64,000 nucleotides of DNA, from positions 2,921-66,920 of the IMG/VR virus record IMGVR_UViG_2974529149_000001. One strand, written 5' to 3'. Position 1 is the first letter of the stretch. Each line of letters starts with the position of its first letter. Below, in pieces: positions 20,601-29,710 of the stretch. Source of the stretch: a virus. The notes beneath the pieces are model-generated. The model was not told the origin of the DNA and made no database searches. It worked only from the letters and a program-made list of their open reading frames with translations. Both the position numbers and the translations under genes were made by a program.

Positions 20601-21863
20601 AATCCAGACGGAACTTATTCGTCGACCGACCCCGCTTGGGATCACCTGATCCAGCGCGAGTCTGGCGGCAATCCGAAGATCATCCAGGGTGTCCAGGATG
20701 CCAATAGCGGCGGCAACGAGGCCGAAGGTCTCTTCCAGATTGCCCGTGGCACTTGGTCGGGTGCAGGTGGCAAGGAGTTCGCCGAGACTGCTGGCCAGGC
20801 TACGGCTGAGCAGCAGGCGATCATCGCCGCTCGCATCTTCCAGAAGTCCGGCGGTTCCCCCTGGGGCGCTGGGCTGCCTGGTCGCGAGTCTGAAGAGGAG
20901 CTTCGGGCGGGTCTCGTGCGGTCGGGAGCGGCCCCGCAGTCGAGCGGTACCTACGGGAGCGCAACTGAAGACACGGCAGCGCAGCAGCTAGAGGCTCTTC
21001 GGGCTCAGAATAAGAGTCTTGATCAGACGATCAAGACTCTCCAGAATCCGGACTCTACTGACGAGCAAATCATCGGTGGCCTTCAGGACCTGGATTCTAC
21101 GATCAAGAACACCGAAGACCCTGACATCCGCGAGCAGCTGGAACAAATTCGTGACAACACGATGACGGACCGTGGCATCAAGGAGTACGATCCAGAAGAG
21201 GGCAAGTCTGAGGACCCGATTGGTGATACTATCGGCATCGCCCAGAACATGCTGGGCATCTACAATGCCGTGACGTCTGGCTTCCAGAACGCCGGTCAGC
21301 TGTTCGAGATGGTCGTTCGAGGTGTCGAGAACACCAAGGACATCAGCGACATGATCGATGGTGTCCAGTCGATCGTCTCCACGGTCACGGGTATCGTGGA
21401 CACCGTGGTCTCCGTGGCGTCGGCTGTGGCTAGCCTCGCCGCGCTGGCCGGGGCAGCAGCCCCCGGAGTTGGCCAGGCTCTCGCCGCTGTGTCGGCAGTG
21501 ACTAGTGGCATCGGGCAGGTTCAGTCGGTCGTTGACTTGATCCAGGACGCATTCTCCATCGTGGGCCGGTGGGTCGGCTCGGCGCTCAGCTGGCTGGTCG
21601 GCGGTGGGCAGGGACCGCTCAAGGGTGATGTCAAGGCGCTCCTCGACACCAACAACCAGACGCTCAAGTTCTGGTCCAGCGACAATGCCCTCAACAAGAG
21701 TTCGTTCAACCTGGACCCGTTCAACATGTTCCGGGATCGCGAAACGGGAATGACCACGAACCAGTACAATATCTACGCCAACCCGAACGCTCCCGCCAGC
21801 GAGATTGTGAATGAGTTGGGCTACGCAATGAGGGTCAACGGAACAGGAGCGTACCAGGAATGA
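14655..21863 (+). CDS. Tape measure protein with M15-like peptidase and Rpf-like transglycosylase domains
   Basis: About 2,400 aa, Ala-rich helical; SYHSTGTAADF...HTNHVHW; IQRESGGN...GLFQI...TW. Confidence 0.92.
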   Translation: MADYDLGRAHGEIVIDHDERANKATERALRELRDDIRALDRQIKELNDTMRRQAAHLHASSRAADHAAASTNRLTAAQRRNAVSARTMTAANVTLGRSLRSTGNLATGAVQSLAEFGASYVGIKNVSFAAKDMGENMVRLGATLKRVSYRLDPYLSAVQNVNIGLKWTAMRSAQASAALAKFGNSVGIVSRNLRDSSAAFRDSQKAAYAHAETMSNTYRNIRVLGTEIQNEYVNIGARFVKSLGRMTLTVGGLRKALAEMPPAMKAIYSASMAVVTVANALDNIATKVKTVGAALGSLASAGFAKATDAAKAMVASTTAAAASLANVTKGFVAARIAALKYAAGAAQAAAANLLISNTSRRTRLMMAQWAGILTNNAKAATNFVRSTSGFQASARGIRRVATAFTLFGGSVAGAMTRVGGLNILQNLTVPLKGLARNFIETNSHVQAFRKRLTDAGVSTARFGRTLGGMGAGVTKMASGMLTAVSGAAMLRRALTGFKPLMNKIVFGLQAIVLAAVAVGAAGGLIMGLGNALKQLSGIVGILPGAISAAALALGPLIIGFMGLAKAIGAGTKEGEEFTKAIEGMSPEMKKVAFAVKDVKGEWKELKEITTDTIFKDFDQEIRGITKDVLPSLKVGLKQVSGGLNDFIQQITSHLREPETIHKLNAAFTDTANLTTNLGRAFGPLLDGMREFGTEGLSILARMSRSASNMTSVFAVWAKSMTVKDAETGMSRLDAIVQRSIRGWGQLGSIAKDAFGIVGDFFHAIGRSGTNALDRWSRSIAEARQSLQEMYADGGIKTMTAAFTTLAGHMQQALKIIIDGFRDLGQSIGPELADITQAFSVGFVNGVRKAVEIIGSFIKLVANIPGVDSIIGIAASMVTLFKATQLVFGMFSKLVAVLVAPIMLFKGLTSSIVGYIAAVKAGTTGTAFMARALDRLKISAVGAQIALGAIGAALGVALVAFASWAYFSEKSRQKNAEVEASIKKTTEGLHDFRDAVYEANGAIDTKAMDALAVSIEGMYEQLTQKANSDATGIKEFARQVDNISQIVTFGMAGRDDHEKEANRIDDVARAAERGKQKLDSYGMSMADIGKVASGSESDFLAFRQAFVNMGKDGADVVQLLDNARAKVTAVTDAAKAMGPGALNISNGLRKMGEEGASTTDKLEGLKQVLQGLGLIQTSAEQQMFEYQEELKKLGDTSQYVVDQNAKLGKAMTDVNGKLDPRNSNAQELNKVLQGISDKFLANAAAGNDAGQMYKDLLPQIRKVGEAYGFQGDEILEVIKNYGIVPAEVSTIMALVGADSIERDIAGLLLQIDQLTNKPKVISIESQAAVDQLKALGVAVGNFNAETKTAEVSLKPGQNAEQVAAALTAWLSQNVEIDPKLKPGFQQNLKKELSGQPPVEVPVKPGVAKQERVPANAGAGGGNKAPEAPAGRISPGGEFTPVEQSAKEAESGVNNLKKAMDGLKDVVVTVKVFGTNEAAVGAERLRTALDAVREKVVNVKVYGTNEAAGPAERLRTALDAIKDVTATVTIEGLDAMNEAMLRTIELLDAIGNSAEKAATKVSESFRSMKTAAEEFKGLVAGINAQLITLANSGFTRGATLGQGFANGILSKVEAVNEAANALAKAAAKPLPSSPAKEGPFSGRGWTPYRGKALAKGFADGIAAGTGSVQSVSLDLARAVSAAIDEINVAWSGVDTNFDANRDIPGAKKYYRDPEISKADLEKARRERAEEEAQQAKDDAYRASKKAGEDLPEQESKVKDAEQKVRDAEKELKEAKDAEDTKRAKDRLAEAQVDLKEQRDELKRIKDQAASNPGAAASGAAGAGTKGGLRPNPNRTDYIAAMTDIASRFNLQMTSGMRDEPGSYHSTGTAADFSNGSGNTDEMLAFANFINDNFKPWTKELIYDDPRFSGKQIGDGKNVPDSYYAGAGDHTNHVHWAVSEAPEWTGAIGQNVTNAINEGASDGARKAEPGVAKSMEGAMTVPLRRNPDGTYSSTDPAWDHLIQRESGGNPKIIQGVQDANSGGNEAEGLFQIARGTWSGAGGKEFAETAGQATAEQQAIIAARIFQKSGGSPWGAGLPGRESEEELRAGLVRSGAAPQSSGTYGSATEDTAAQQLEALRAQNKSLDQTIKTLQNPDSTDEQIIGGLQDLDSTIKNTEDPDIREQLEQIRDNTMTDRGIKEYDPEEGKSEDPIGDTIGIAQNMLGIYNAVTSGFQNAGQLFEMVVRGVENTKDISDMIDGVQSIVSTVTGIVDTVVSVASAVASLAALAGAAAPGVGQALAAVSAVTSGIGQVQSVVDLIQDAFSIVGRWVGSALSWLVGGGQGPLKGDVKALLDTNNQTLKFWSSDNALNKSSFNLDPFNMFRDRETGMTTNQYNIYANPNAPASEIVNELGYAMRVNGTGAYQE

Positions 21864-22720
21864 CTCGCCTACAGGAGGGCCAGTACAAGCTTGGCGATCT
21901 GGTGTTCGGGGCTGGAACTCCGATCCAGGTCACCAAGTTCGAGCCCCAAGGCTTTGATGCCAACGTCAATGACCTGCCCAAGGATCAGGTTGACGAAGTT
22001 TCATTTGGCTTCGATTCGTACTCGCCGAAGCCTGTGGCCTTTGAGGGCGGTGTTCTCAACCAGTTCGATGTATTCCGTGGACCGGGTCACCTCCTGCCTG
22101 GCGGAATCTCCGGCCAAGACCTTCAGGAGATGTTCTTCAAGGAGTGGCGAGCCGATGATGTTCGTCGCAGTTGGAACGCAATGAAGCCATTGCACTACAA
22201 GAAAGGTGGACCACAGAAGATTCTGTATGGTCGACCTCGGAAGATCAATATGATCCCGGCTCGCCGTGGCTCCGACTTCATTCCGTTCGTTGCCGAGTAC
22301 ATGCCAGCCGACCCCCTGGCATATTCCTACGAAGAGCACTCTTCTGAAGGCGGACCGACTACTGCCGGTACGACGCCGTACTCGCTCACCCGCTTCGAGG
22401 GCACGGCAGACGCTTGGTTCAGGGCCGTAATTACCGGCCCCGCGAATCAGCCGACGATTGAGTTCGGCAACTGGATGGTCAAGGTTGACCACAACTTGGG
22501 CGCTGGCAAGCTCATGGAGATCAGCGCCCAGCCTTGGCTGCGTCGAGTGATCAATTCTGATTCGCTGAACCTGTCTGCTAAGCTAATAGGTGATTCGGCG
22601 TACTTGAATGAGATGAAGATTCCCCCGAAGGCCACAACCAACTGGGGATTTTCTTGCGGATCATCGAGCAGCGCCACCAAGTGCCTCATCACTTGGCGAG
22701 ATGCGTACGTCTCATACTGA
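21860..22720 (+). CDS. Distal tail (Dit-like) minor tail protein
   Basis: Immediately after tape measure; YGRPRK, DPLAY and ITGPANQP motifs. Confidence 0.75.
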   Translation: MTRLQEGQYKLGDLVFGAGTPIQVTKFEPQGFDANVNDLPKDQVDEVSFGFDSYSPKPVAFEGGVLNQFDVFRGPGHLLPGGISGQDLQEMFFKEWRADDVRRSWNAMKPLHYKKGGPQKILYGRPRKINMIPARRGSDFIPFVAEYMPADPLAYSYEEHSSEGGPTTAGTTPYSLTRFEGTADAWFRAVITGPANQPTIEFGNWMVKVDHNLGAGKLMEISAQPWLRRVINSDSLNLSAKLIGDSAYLNEMKIPPKATTNWGFSCGSSSSATKCLITWRDAYVSY

Positions 22721-22735
22721 GTCCAAGGAGACCTA

Positions 22736-23860
22736 ATGAGATTGATTGTAGAGCACGCCACGACGCGGGAGATACTCACGCGTGACCTTGAGGTGTCCGA
22801 GGCAAACTTCAGCAAGATGCTATCCGGCCCCTGCCAAATCCAGGCGAAGGTTCCATGGAAGGGCCTCAACAACGACTTCATCAAGTTCAAGCCGTACGGG
22901 CACTTGATCCATGTTGAAGAGACCATCAATGGCACTCGCAAGATTCTTGGCACTGGCATCGTGCAGCCGTCTGAAGTCGATGACCAGACTGGTGACCTCG
23001 ACCTCGTGGCGGAAGGGTTCAGCAATTACCCCAAGGGCATTCCGTGGTTGCAGAACTGGAACCCCATTACGGTGGACCCGTTCGAGATATTCCACAAGGC
23101 TTGGCAGCATATCCAGAGCTACCCGACTGGTAATTTGAACGTCACCATCACGCCAGAGTCCTCTGGAACCTACATGCTGCCAGGATTCAGCTTTGATGGC
23201 TCCGAGTTCATTCTGGACTTCTTCGCATTCTTCCTGCGCTCCGCTGACATGCGGGACATTTCGGAAACACTCAACGCTTTGGCCCGTGACATTCCCTTCG
23301 ACTACCTGGAGAAGTCGCAGTGGAACTCCAACCGTACTCAGATTGACAAGAGCATTCTGTTGGGGTATCCGAACTTCGGCGTTCGCCAGGAAGCTATGGT
23401 CTTCCGGTTCGGAGAGAACGCTCTGGCGGGCAAGCCAAAGCCAGAGGCTGAGATCGAGTGGTCTAGCGAGATCATCATCAAGGGCTGGTTTCCTGGGAAG
23501 GTTTATAGCTCAGACTTCAAGAACGATGACAGTGACCGCCTCCGTCGAGTGATCAAGGAGGAGGATGCCCAGATCAACTCGAAGGAACGTGCCAAGGCTT
23601 GGGCCAAGCGCAAGCTGACTCGCCGCCAGGTTCCGGATTACTGGGAGGAGCTGACCGTCGATGCCAATCACCCGAATGCTCCGTTTGACCAGTGGGACCT
23701 GGGAGACGAGATCAAGGTTGAGGGGATCATGCCCTGGGTTGGTAAGGTTTCTGCCCCTCACCGGATCATCGGATACACCTGGGATGGTAGCGGTACCTCA
23801 ACGCTTCGGCTGAAGCACGAGGGCGCGTTCAACTATGACCCCGTCGAGTACGAGAGCTGA
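22736..23860 (+). CDS. Minor tail (hub/Tal-like) protein
   Basis: Synteny; HPNAP..WDLGDEI..RIIG C-terminus. Confidence 0.7.
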   Translation: MRLIVEHATTREILTRDLEVSEANFSKMLSGPCQIQAKVPWKGLNNDFIKFKPYGHLIHVEETINGTRKILGTGIVQPSEVDDQTGDLDLVAEGFSNYPKGIPWLQNWNPITVDPFEIFHKAWQHIQSYPTGNLNVTITPESSGTYMLPGFSFDGSEFILDFFAFFLRSADMRDISETLNALARDIPFDYLEKSQWNSNRTQIDKSILLGYPNFGVRQEAMVFRFGENALAGKPKPEAEIEWSSEIIIKGWFPGKVYSSDFKNDDSDRLRRVIKEEDAQINSKERAKAWAKRKLTRRQVPDYWEELTVDANHPNAPFDQWDLGDEIKVEGIMPWVGKVSAPHRIIGYTWDGSGTSTLRLKHEGAFNYDPVEYES

Positions 23861-23862
23861 CC

Positions 23863-25842
23863 ATGGGCTGGAACGACTACGAATCAAAGCAGGTCCGGGC
23901 ACTTCGGGGCATCTCCACTCGTTCGGAGAAGCCCAACAAGGACCTTGAGACGAACATCCGCAACCTGAACAACTCGGTGCGGTACATGTCGTCAATGATG
24001 GGGATCATGCAGGAGGGCATCGACGATGCCAACCGTGACATCCTCCAGCAGTTCGAAGATGCAATCCAAGACCTGATGATCATCTTCAACATCGGCGGAG
24101 GTGGCGATACCCTCAATCTCGACTGGGGCGACATCGGTGTGGTGCTGGAGAACATCTCGTCCATCCTGCGCTTTGACTTCTTGAACCTTCCCGACTTCGA
24201 TTTGCTGTGCTGGGCACAGGACGTTTGGGACGACACCTTTGGCAACCTGGACATTATGAATTTTGAGCGTCTCAAAGAGGCGTTCAACGGCGAGTATGTC
24301 GGCCCAGACATTGCCCTCAACATTATCCAGAATGTCATCCGAACGATCAAGCGCCTGGCAAGCAGCATCATTGCCCCGTGGCGACTTCCGCAGATCAACG
24401 TCAGCTCGATCACGAATGAACCTGGCCCCAACTTGCTATCGAGCTTCGGCGGCTTCAACGCTGCCGAGGACATAGCTGGTGATGGCATCTGGATCTTCGA
24501 CCCTGATGTGGGCAAGACCTCCCTTGGATCGGCCCGTACCGATGCGAATGGAACTCTAAAGGTTCTGTCGTCAGAGGCCATCGCTGTTTCCGCTGGGCAG
24601 ACACTCCAACTTGGCGGATGGGTCAAGTGGCAGGGTGCCGTGGCAACAGGTTCTGCCTTCAGTATCTTGGTGGTGCCGTACATTGGCAGTCTTGCCCAGA
24701 CCCCGGTTCAGATCAGCACTCTGAACAGTCCAGCGGCCAACGGCGAGAATACGTTCCCGATGACCGACTGGACTGTTCCTGCCAGCGTTGACGCGGTCCG
24801 CGTTCGTGTGACCGTGGAGGCTTCTGTCACATCGGGAACCGTGTGGTGGGATGATCTGGTTCTTCGTAAGGCTGGATCCACACTTCCCCAGAGCTTCATT
24901 GGTGGCCTTGGGCAGCGGTTGCAGGACCTCGATGACAATGATACTGGGCTCGATGATGCCATCGGTAAGTTGGCTGGCAATATCAACAATGCGGTCAATG
25001 CAACCATCGAAGACGTTGGCGAGGGCGTCGGTAACATCCTCGAAGCCTTCAATACCATCTTCAACCTGAACCGCACAACCCAGGCGGCCGAGAAGGCTGC
25101 GCTTGAGGCAAAGCAAATTCTCGCCGCGATGAACAACCAGGAAGATACCGGCGGTGACGGTATGTCTTGGTCGACAGACTTTACCGACCCCAACGGCACT
25201 CCACTCAACCCTGCTGATTGGCAGAACGTAAGCAATATCCTGCATCGACAGAACGGCGCGGGCGTGCCGGATTCGGGTGGAACATTCACCGCCTGGGCTG
25301 TGACTACTCGCAGTACGAACACGGATTCACAGAAGTGTTCGTTCATTATTTCGAGAATACACGGACAGAGCGCATACTCGGGAGCGCTTGTTAGGTCCAA
25401 CTCTGATCGCTCTAGCTACGTAAGATGCATCGCCAATGAGGATGGAGACCTACGAATTAACCGACTCAGTCCTGCAGGTAGCTCTACCTTCCTGAGCGTC
25501 AACCACGCTGCTGGGTTTAAGGTTGGCGACCAGATCGAAGTTAGGTGTAACAGTACTTTCTACTACATCTATAAGAACGGTAAACAGATTTACTCGTACA
25601 ACGACGTGGAAGCTACGGCGGTCGTTGGAGCTTCCAACCGATGCTGCGGTATGCTTATGCAGAGGACTGGTAATGTTCTTTACTACTACGAGTCGCCTCG
25701 GTTTGCTTCGTTCTACATGTCGGACTGGTACATCCCTCCAGGTGGGCCGGTCAACGTCTTCTGGCAGGGCACTCTGATCCAGTACAACGCCGTGACCACC
25801 AAGCTGGATAACGCCGTCTACTTCATCCTCCCGGCGACCTGA
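23863..25842 (+). CDS. Minor tail protein with carbohydrate-binding-like domains
   Basis: 659 aa; WTVPASVDAVRVRV..SGTVWWDD motif seen in actinophage minor tail proteins. Confidence 0.75.
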   Translation: MGWNDYESKQVRALRGISTRSEKPNKDLETNIRNLNNSVRYMSSMMGIMQEGIDDANRDILQQFEDAIQDLMIIFNIGGGGDTLNLDWGDIGVVLENISSILRFDFLNLPDFDLLCWAQDVWDDTFGNLDIMNFERLKEAFNGEYVGPDIALNIIQNVIRTIKRLASSIIAPWRLPQINVSSITNEPGPNLLSSFGGFNAAEDIAGDGIWIFDPDVGKTSLGSARTDANGTLKVLSSEAIAVSAGQTLQLGGWVKWQGAVATGSAFSILVVPYIGSLAQTPVQISTLNSPAANGENTFPMTDWTVPASVDAVRVRVTVEASVTSGTVWWDDLVLRKAGSTLPQSFIGGLGQRLQDLDDNDTGLDDAIGKLAGNINNAVNATIEDVGEGVGNILEAFNTIFNLNRTTQAAEKAALEAKQILAAMNNQEDTGGDGMSWSTDFTDPNGTPLNPADWQNVSNILHRQNGAGVPDSGGTFTAWAVTTRSTNTDSQKCSFIISRIHGQSAYSGALVRSNSDRSSYVRCIANEDGDLRINRLSPAGSSTFLSVNHAAGFKVGDQIEVRCNSTFYYIYKNGKQIYSYNDVEATAVVGASNRCCGMLMQRTGNVLYYYESPRFASFYMSDWYIPPGGPVNVFWQGTLIQYNAVTTKLDNAVYFILPAT

Positions 25843-26447
25843 TGGCTGCGCCAATCGAGAGCGGCTCAAGGACCACATCGGGGGCGTACTCCTTGCCGGT
25901 GCCCGCATGGGCTACTGTCATAGATTACTTCCTGCTTGGTGGTGGCACCGATGGATCTGATGGTACCAACTATGGACCAGGGGCCAATGGCGACGACGGC
26001 AAGTTCGTATCTGGCTCGGTGAGGGTAAGGCCGGGTTCATCCATTGCCTGCTCTATCGCGGCCGCGAGTGGTGAGACAACGATTAACCTCGTATCCGTTT
26101 CTGCAACATCTGCCTCAGGCTCCACCAAGCCGACCAACAACATTCTTTCGAGGAGTACATTGGTGGAGGGTGACCCAGCGGTAGCCCCTCCCTGGACGGT
26201 AAATGTGGGCTCTCGAGGCGACGGCGGTGGTGGTGGCAGTAGGGGTTACACTACCACCGACCCTCCAACACCACCTGGCGAAGGGGAGCCAGGTACAGGT
26301 GGCGGACTCTACTGGAGGTTCAGGCAGGCAGCACAGATACCTCGCATTGGAAACATACCAGCGTCTGTTGACGTCAAGATCGGTAACAAGTCACTCGTGG
26401 CTATCTACATCGGAACCAAGAAGGTCTGGGACAAGCCAGCAAACTAG
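25842..26447 (+). CDS. Glycine-rich minor tail protein
   Basis: Gly-rich; coupled to the previous gene; AIYIGTKKVW C-terminus. Confidence 0.65.
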   Translation: MAAPIESGSRTTSGAYSLPVPAWATVIDYFLLGGGTDGSDGTNYGPGANGDDGKFVSGSVRVRPGSSIACSIAAASGETTINLVSVSATSASGSTKPTNNILSRSTLVEGDPAVAPPWTVNVGSRGDGGGGGSRGYTTTDPPTPPGEGEPGTGGGLYWRFRQAAQIPRIGNIPASVDVKIGNKSLVAIYIGTKKVWDKPAN

Positions 26448-26456
26448 GAGGTAGAT

Positions 26457-26624
26457 ATGACAGACATCACAATCACCCATCCCGATGCACCTGGGGTGAC
26501 ATTCACCCTCAGCTCATCGGGAACCGGCGCAGACATGTTCACGCTACGCGCCCACAGCGATGACATGCAAGATGAGCTTGGCAACCCCAAGCTCCTGACC
26601 GAGGTAGGATTCCCCAGGCCATGA
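26457..26624 (+). CDS. Small hypothetical protein (55 aa; not in ORF track)
   Basis: AGGAGG RBS; MTDITITHPDAPG...; ATGA overlap with the next gene. Confidence 0.6.
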   Translation: MTDITITHPDAPGVTFTLSSSGTGADMFTLRAHSDDMQDELGNPKLLTEVGFPRP

Positions 26625-27667
26625 GCGGCTGGTCTCCAGAAGGACCCCCAGTAGAAAGTGGTGGGGCACTGTGGTCATCGGGAGATGGCCCGCCCACTAT
26701 TGCCTGGGGCTCCTTCTGGGGTAACGTTCCGGTCTTGGCCGGGGTCGGATCAGCATTGGCCCAGGACAAGGCAGACCTGAAGTACAAGGCCAACGTCCTG
26801 TCCAGTGCCCAGGCTGATGATGAACTGTACGTGGGGCTCGATCCCATGCAGGACTTCGAGGTTCGCATCAAGCCTCGGGAAAATGCCGGGGGCAATGACG
26901 GCCTCGGTGTCTCGCTGGACGCTCTTGTACGGGACTCTGGCTGGGCCGATGACCTGGCCCGTCTCGGCCTGAAGGGCAGAGACAACGGGGCAGGCTCAGA
27001 CTTCGCCCTCAGCAAGGCCATCATTCCTGGGCGAGACGGTGGTTTGGCAGATGAACTATCCTCGGTCAATCTGGCAACCTCCATCGGCGACGCTGGCGGA
27101 GCAGGAGACATGGCTGACGGGGTGTTCACACCGCGCTCCCCACTGGCAACTCAGTATACCACAGTTGGAACATTCAACTACCCGATTCCAGTGTGGTGCA
27201 GGGCAATTGAGGTAGTATGCCTAGGTGGAGGCTCTGGCGGCAACGGCGGCGGCACGTTCGCAGGTGATGGTGGCAAGGCGTCAACTTGGTCCTGGGGCAC
27301 ATTCGTTCGAGGAGTTCACATACCCTGGAATGTGATTAACCTGACGGTTGTAGTCGGTGCCGGTGGGAATGGTGGTGGAGCGTTCGGCGGCACGGGCGGC
27401 AACGGTAGCCCGAGCTATGTCCAACGATCTGGAAGTGATATTCTTCGATCACATGGGGCGATTGCGGTCGGCGGAACTGGCATCAACCGAACAGGTGACG
27501 CTGTCTCCCCATCCACGCTCACTCTCGGCGGCGTCACCTATACGGGCGGTCCAGAATCAACGACTGACACCGCGAGCGTACCCGGTTCAGGAGGCCGCGG
27601 CGGCGCAGTCGCAGCAGTTGGCAAGGCTGGTGGCCGAGGTCAAGTTTGGCTACGGGCAATACAATAG
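26621..27667 (+). CDS. Glycine-rich minor tail protein
   Basis: YPIPVWCRAIEVVCLGGGSGG...GGRGQVW glycine-rich domain common in actinophage tails. Confidence 0.75.
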   Translation: MSGWSPEGPPVESGGALWSSGDGPPTIAWGSFWGNVPVLAGVGSALAQDKADLKYKANVLSSAQADDELYVGLDPMQDFEVRIKPRENAGGNDGLGVSLDALVRDSGWADDLARLGLKGRDNGAGSDFALSKAIIPGRDGGLADELSSVNLATSIGDAGGAGDMADGVFTPRSPLATQYTTVGTFNYPIPVWCRAIEVVCLGGGSGGNGGGTFAGDGGKASTWSWGTFVRGVHIPWNVINLTVVVGAGGNGGGAFGGTGGNGSPSYVQRSGSDILRSHGAIAVGGTGINRTGDAVSPSTLTLGGVTYTGGPESTTDTASVPGSGGRGGAVAAVGKAGGRGQVWLRAIQ

Positions 27668-27683
27668 ATGAAAGGCAATTGAA

Positions 27684-28049
27684 ATGGCAGCAACATATCA
27701 GGACGCCCACCTTCTCGCGGCGACGAACGCGATCACGGCGCTCGGCAACAGGATTGGCCTGTATGTCGGGGGCACTCGGGTGGGTACGGTCTACGCCGAC
27801 ACCACTTGGGGGGCAGCGGCGAAGGTGGACGAAGACGGGTTCACCTGGGGCAAGTCCATTGGCTCAGCGGCAACGATCACCGTGCCTGGTAGTACCTTGT
27901 CGAACGGAGCGGTGATCGACCGCTATGGAATCCTCAATGGTACCACGCTACTTCGTACCGAGGCGCTACCCGTGGCCCTGACCATCAACGACGCAAGCCA
28001 GGAGTTCAGCGTGGACGTCACGCCGATCTTCCGATACCGAGGAGTGTAA
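27684..28049 (+). CDS. Minor tail protein
   Basis: GAAAGG RBS; end of the tail module. Confidence 0.6.
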   Translation: MAATYQDAHLLAATNAITALGNRIGLYVGGTRVGTVYADTTWGAAAKVDEDGFTWGKSIGSAATITVPGSTLSNGAVIDRYGILNGTTLLRTEALPVALTINDASQEFSVDVTPIFRYRGV

Positions 28050-28051
28050 CA

Positions 28052-28285
28052 ATGATCAACCCAATGGAGACTGAGGCCGAGAAGGACGTTTACATCGCCA
28101 TTCTGGAGCGACAGCTCTTGGGGGCCACCATGGAGAGTCTGCGCCTGGCGGCCCTCGTTGAGATCAAGGATGCCGACTCCAGCGTTCACGATGACGAGCT
28201 TCTGGATTGGGCAAAGAAGCGGGCCGAAGAGCGGATGGGAGGGTATCGGAATGACGTGAAGAAGATGGCGCAACGATCATTCTGA
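28052..28285 (+). CDS. Hypothetical protein
   Basis: GGAG RBS; fills the gap before the lysis cassette. Confidence 0.6.
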   Translation: MINPMETEAEKDVYIAILERQLLGATMESLRLAALVEIKDADSSVHDDELLDWAKKRAEERMGGYRNDVKKMAQRSF

Positions 28286-28292
28286 CTGAGCG

Positions 28293-28311
28293 GGTATACT
28301 AGGGGTATACT
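28293..28311 (+). promoter_or_regulatory. Tandem GGTATACT -10-like elements before lysin A
   Basis: GGGTATACTAGGGGTATACT, intergenic. Confidence 0.5.
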
Positions 28312-28323
28312 CGGGAGGTAATA

Positions 28324-29430
28324 ATGGGTGATGTCGTCTGGCTTGAAAAGGCTTTCAGGAATGCTGGCCTACCAATTGAAGTGTTTCCTGGAGCGTACCA
28401 GCGCGGCCATGGAGACCTCATCGGCGACAAGCCATTCATGCATCACACTGGCAGCTTCAACGAGACGGCCAACGGCATCGCCAACCACCCGAGCCTGGGC
28501 CTGGCATCCCAGCTGTTCCTCAAGAAGGGTAAGTTCACCCTTTGTGGAGTCGGAGTCGCCTACCATGCTGGAATGGGAAGTGGCTTCGGCCTCCCCACAA
28601 ACAACGGCAACTGGCACTCCATCGGCATCGAGGCCGCCCACGATGGCAGGGCCAAGTGGGACACCTACCATCTGAACAACTACCTTGAGGGCATTCGGGT
28701 CATCAACCGGCACCGAGGCAAGCCGCTCAACGACGTGGTGGCCCACAAGGAATATGGTGCCATTCAGGGCAAATGGGATCCAGGCAACCTCGACATGAAG
28801 TGGGTCCGCCAGGTTCTGCTGGAAGAGAAGAAGCCAGCCCAGGCCGTGGTCATCAACATGATCGAGCTGGAGGCCAAGGAGAACCCCTGGGTCGGCAAGC
28901 GTCTGGCCAAGCCCGGTGCCGAGGGCGAGATGAAGGTCGGCCACAAGCTCCAGGGGCGTCTGGTGGAATACGAGAACGCCCACATCTACTTCCACCCATC
29001 TTGTGGGGCGCATGCCATTCCCCATGGTGGACTGTTCGAGGCTTACGCCAACTTCGGTTTCGAGAAGGGGCCGCTGGGGTACCCTGTTCGAGACTTCACC
29101 AAGCTCCCTGAGGGTGCCGTCATGGCATTCCAGGGTGCCGTCCTTTACAAGAAGGATGGCAAGGATGCCCAGTACGTCAAGGGCGTCATTGGGCAGCGCT
29201 GGGCCAAGGAGGGTTACGAGAAGGGGCCGCTGGGTTGGGCCACCTCTCTTGAAATCCCGAATGGCACTGGCGGAGTGATCCAGTACTTTGAGAATGGCTC
29301 TCTGGAATGGGACCCGAGCGGTGCGGTCGAGAAGATTGGCCAGTTCGCAGTTCGAGACCTGTCCATCGTCAACGAGAAGACTGGCCTGCCGTTGGCTGTA
29401 GACGCAGTCAACTTGTCCACCGCAGCATAG
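28324..29430 (+). CDS. Lysin A: N-acetylmuramoyl-L-alanine amidase with LGFP repeats
   Basis: HHTG, YHAG, SIGIEA, AHKE and KWDPG amidase_2 motifs; GPLGYP/GPLGWA LGFP repeats. Confidence 0.9.
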   Translation: MGDVVWLEKAFRNAGLPIEVFPGAYQRGHGDLIGDKPFMHHTGSFNETANGIANHPSLGLASQLFLKKGKFTLCGVGVAYHAGMGSGFGLPTNNGNWHSIGIEAAHDGRAKWDTYHLNNYLEGIRVINRHRGKPLNDVVAHKEYGAIQGKWDPGNLDMKWVRQVLLEEKKPAQAVVINMIELEAKENPWVGKRLAKPGAEGEMKVGHKLQGRLVEYENAHIYFHPSCGAHAIPHGGLFEAYANFGFEKGPLGYPVRDFTKLPEGAVMAFQGAVLYKKDGKDAQYVKGVIGQRWAKEGYEKGPLGWATSLEIPNGTGGVIQYFENGSLEWDPSGAVEKIGQFAVRDLSIVNEKTGLPLAVDAVNLSTAA

Positions 29431-29440
29431 GAGTTTTGGA

Positions 29441-29710
29441 ATGGCTGACACCGTACTTGAAGAGGAAGCCACCTGGGGTGACCGTGTTGGTCAGTACTCC
29501 AAGGCTATCGTAGCAACCGTGACCCCCGCAGTGTTCCTTGGTGGAGCACTGGCGCTCGTCCTGCCAGCGGAGCAGGCGGCGTCCATCACCGCCGCTGTTG
29601 CCAGTGTGACGGGCTTCCTGACCTGGCTGGCTGGAAACACTGAGATTCTCAAGCGCCAGGCAGACGAGGCCGAAGAGGCCATCGAAGACGCCCTCGGTCG
29701 CGAAATCTGA
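29441..29710 (+). CDS. Holin (two predicted TM helices)
   Basis: Follows lysin A; YSKAIVA plus two hydrophobic segments. Confidence 0.7.
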   Translation: MADTVLEEEATWGDRVGQYSKAIVATVTPAVFLGGALALVLPAEQAASITAAVASVTGFLTWLAGNTEILKRQADEAEEAIEDALGREI

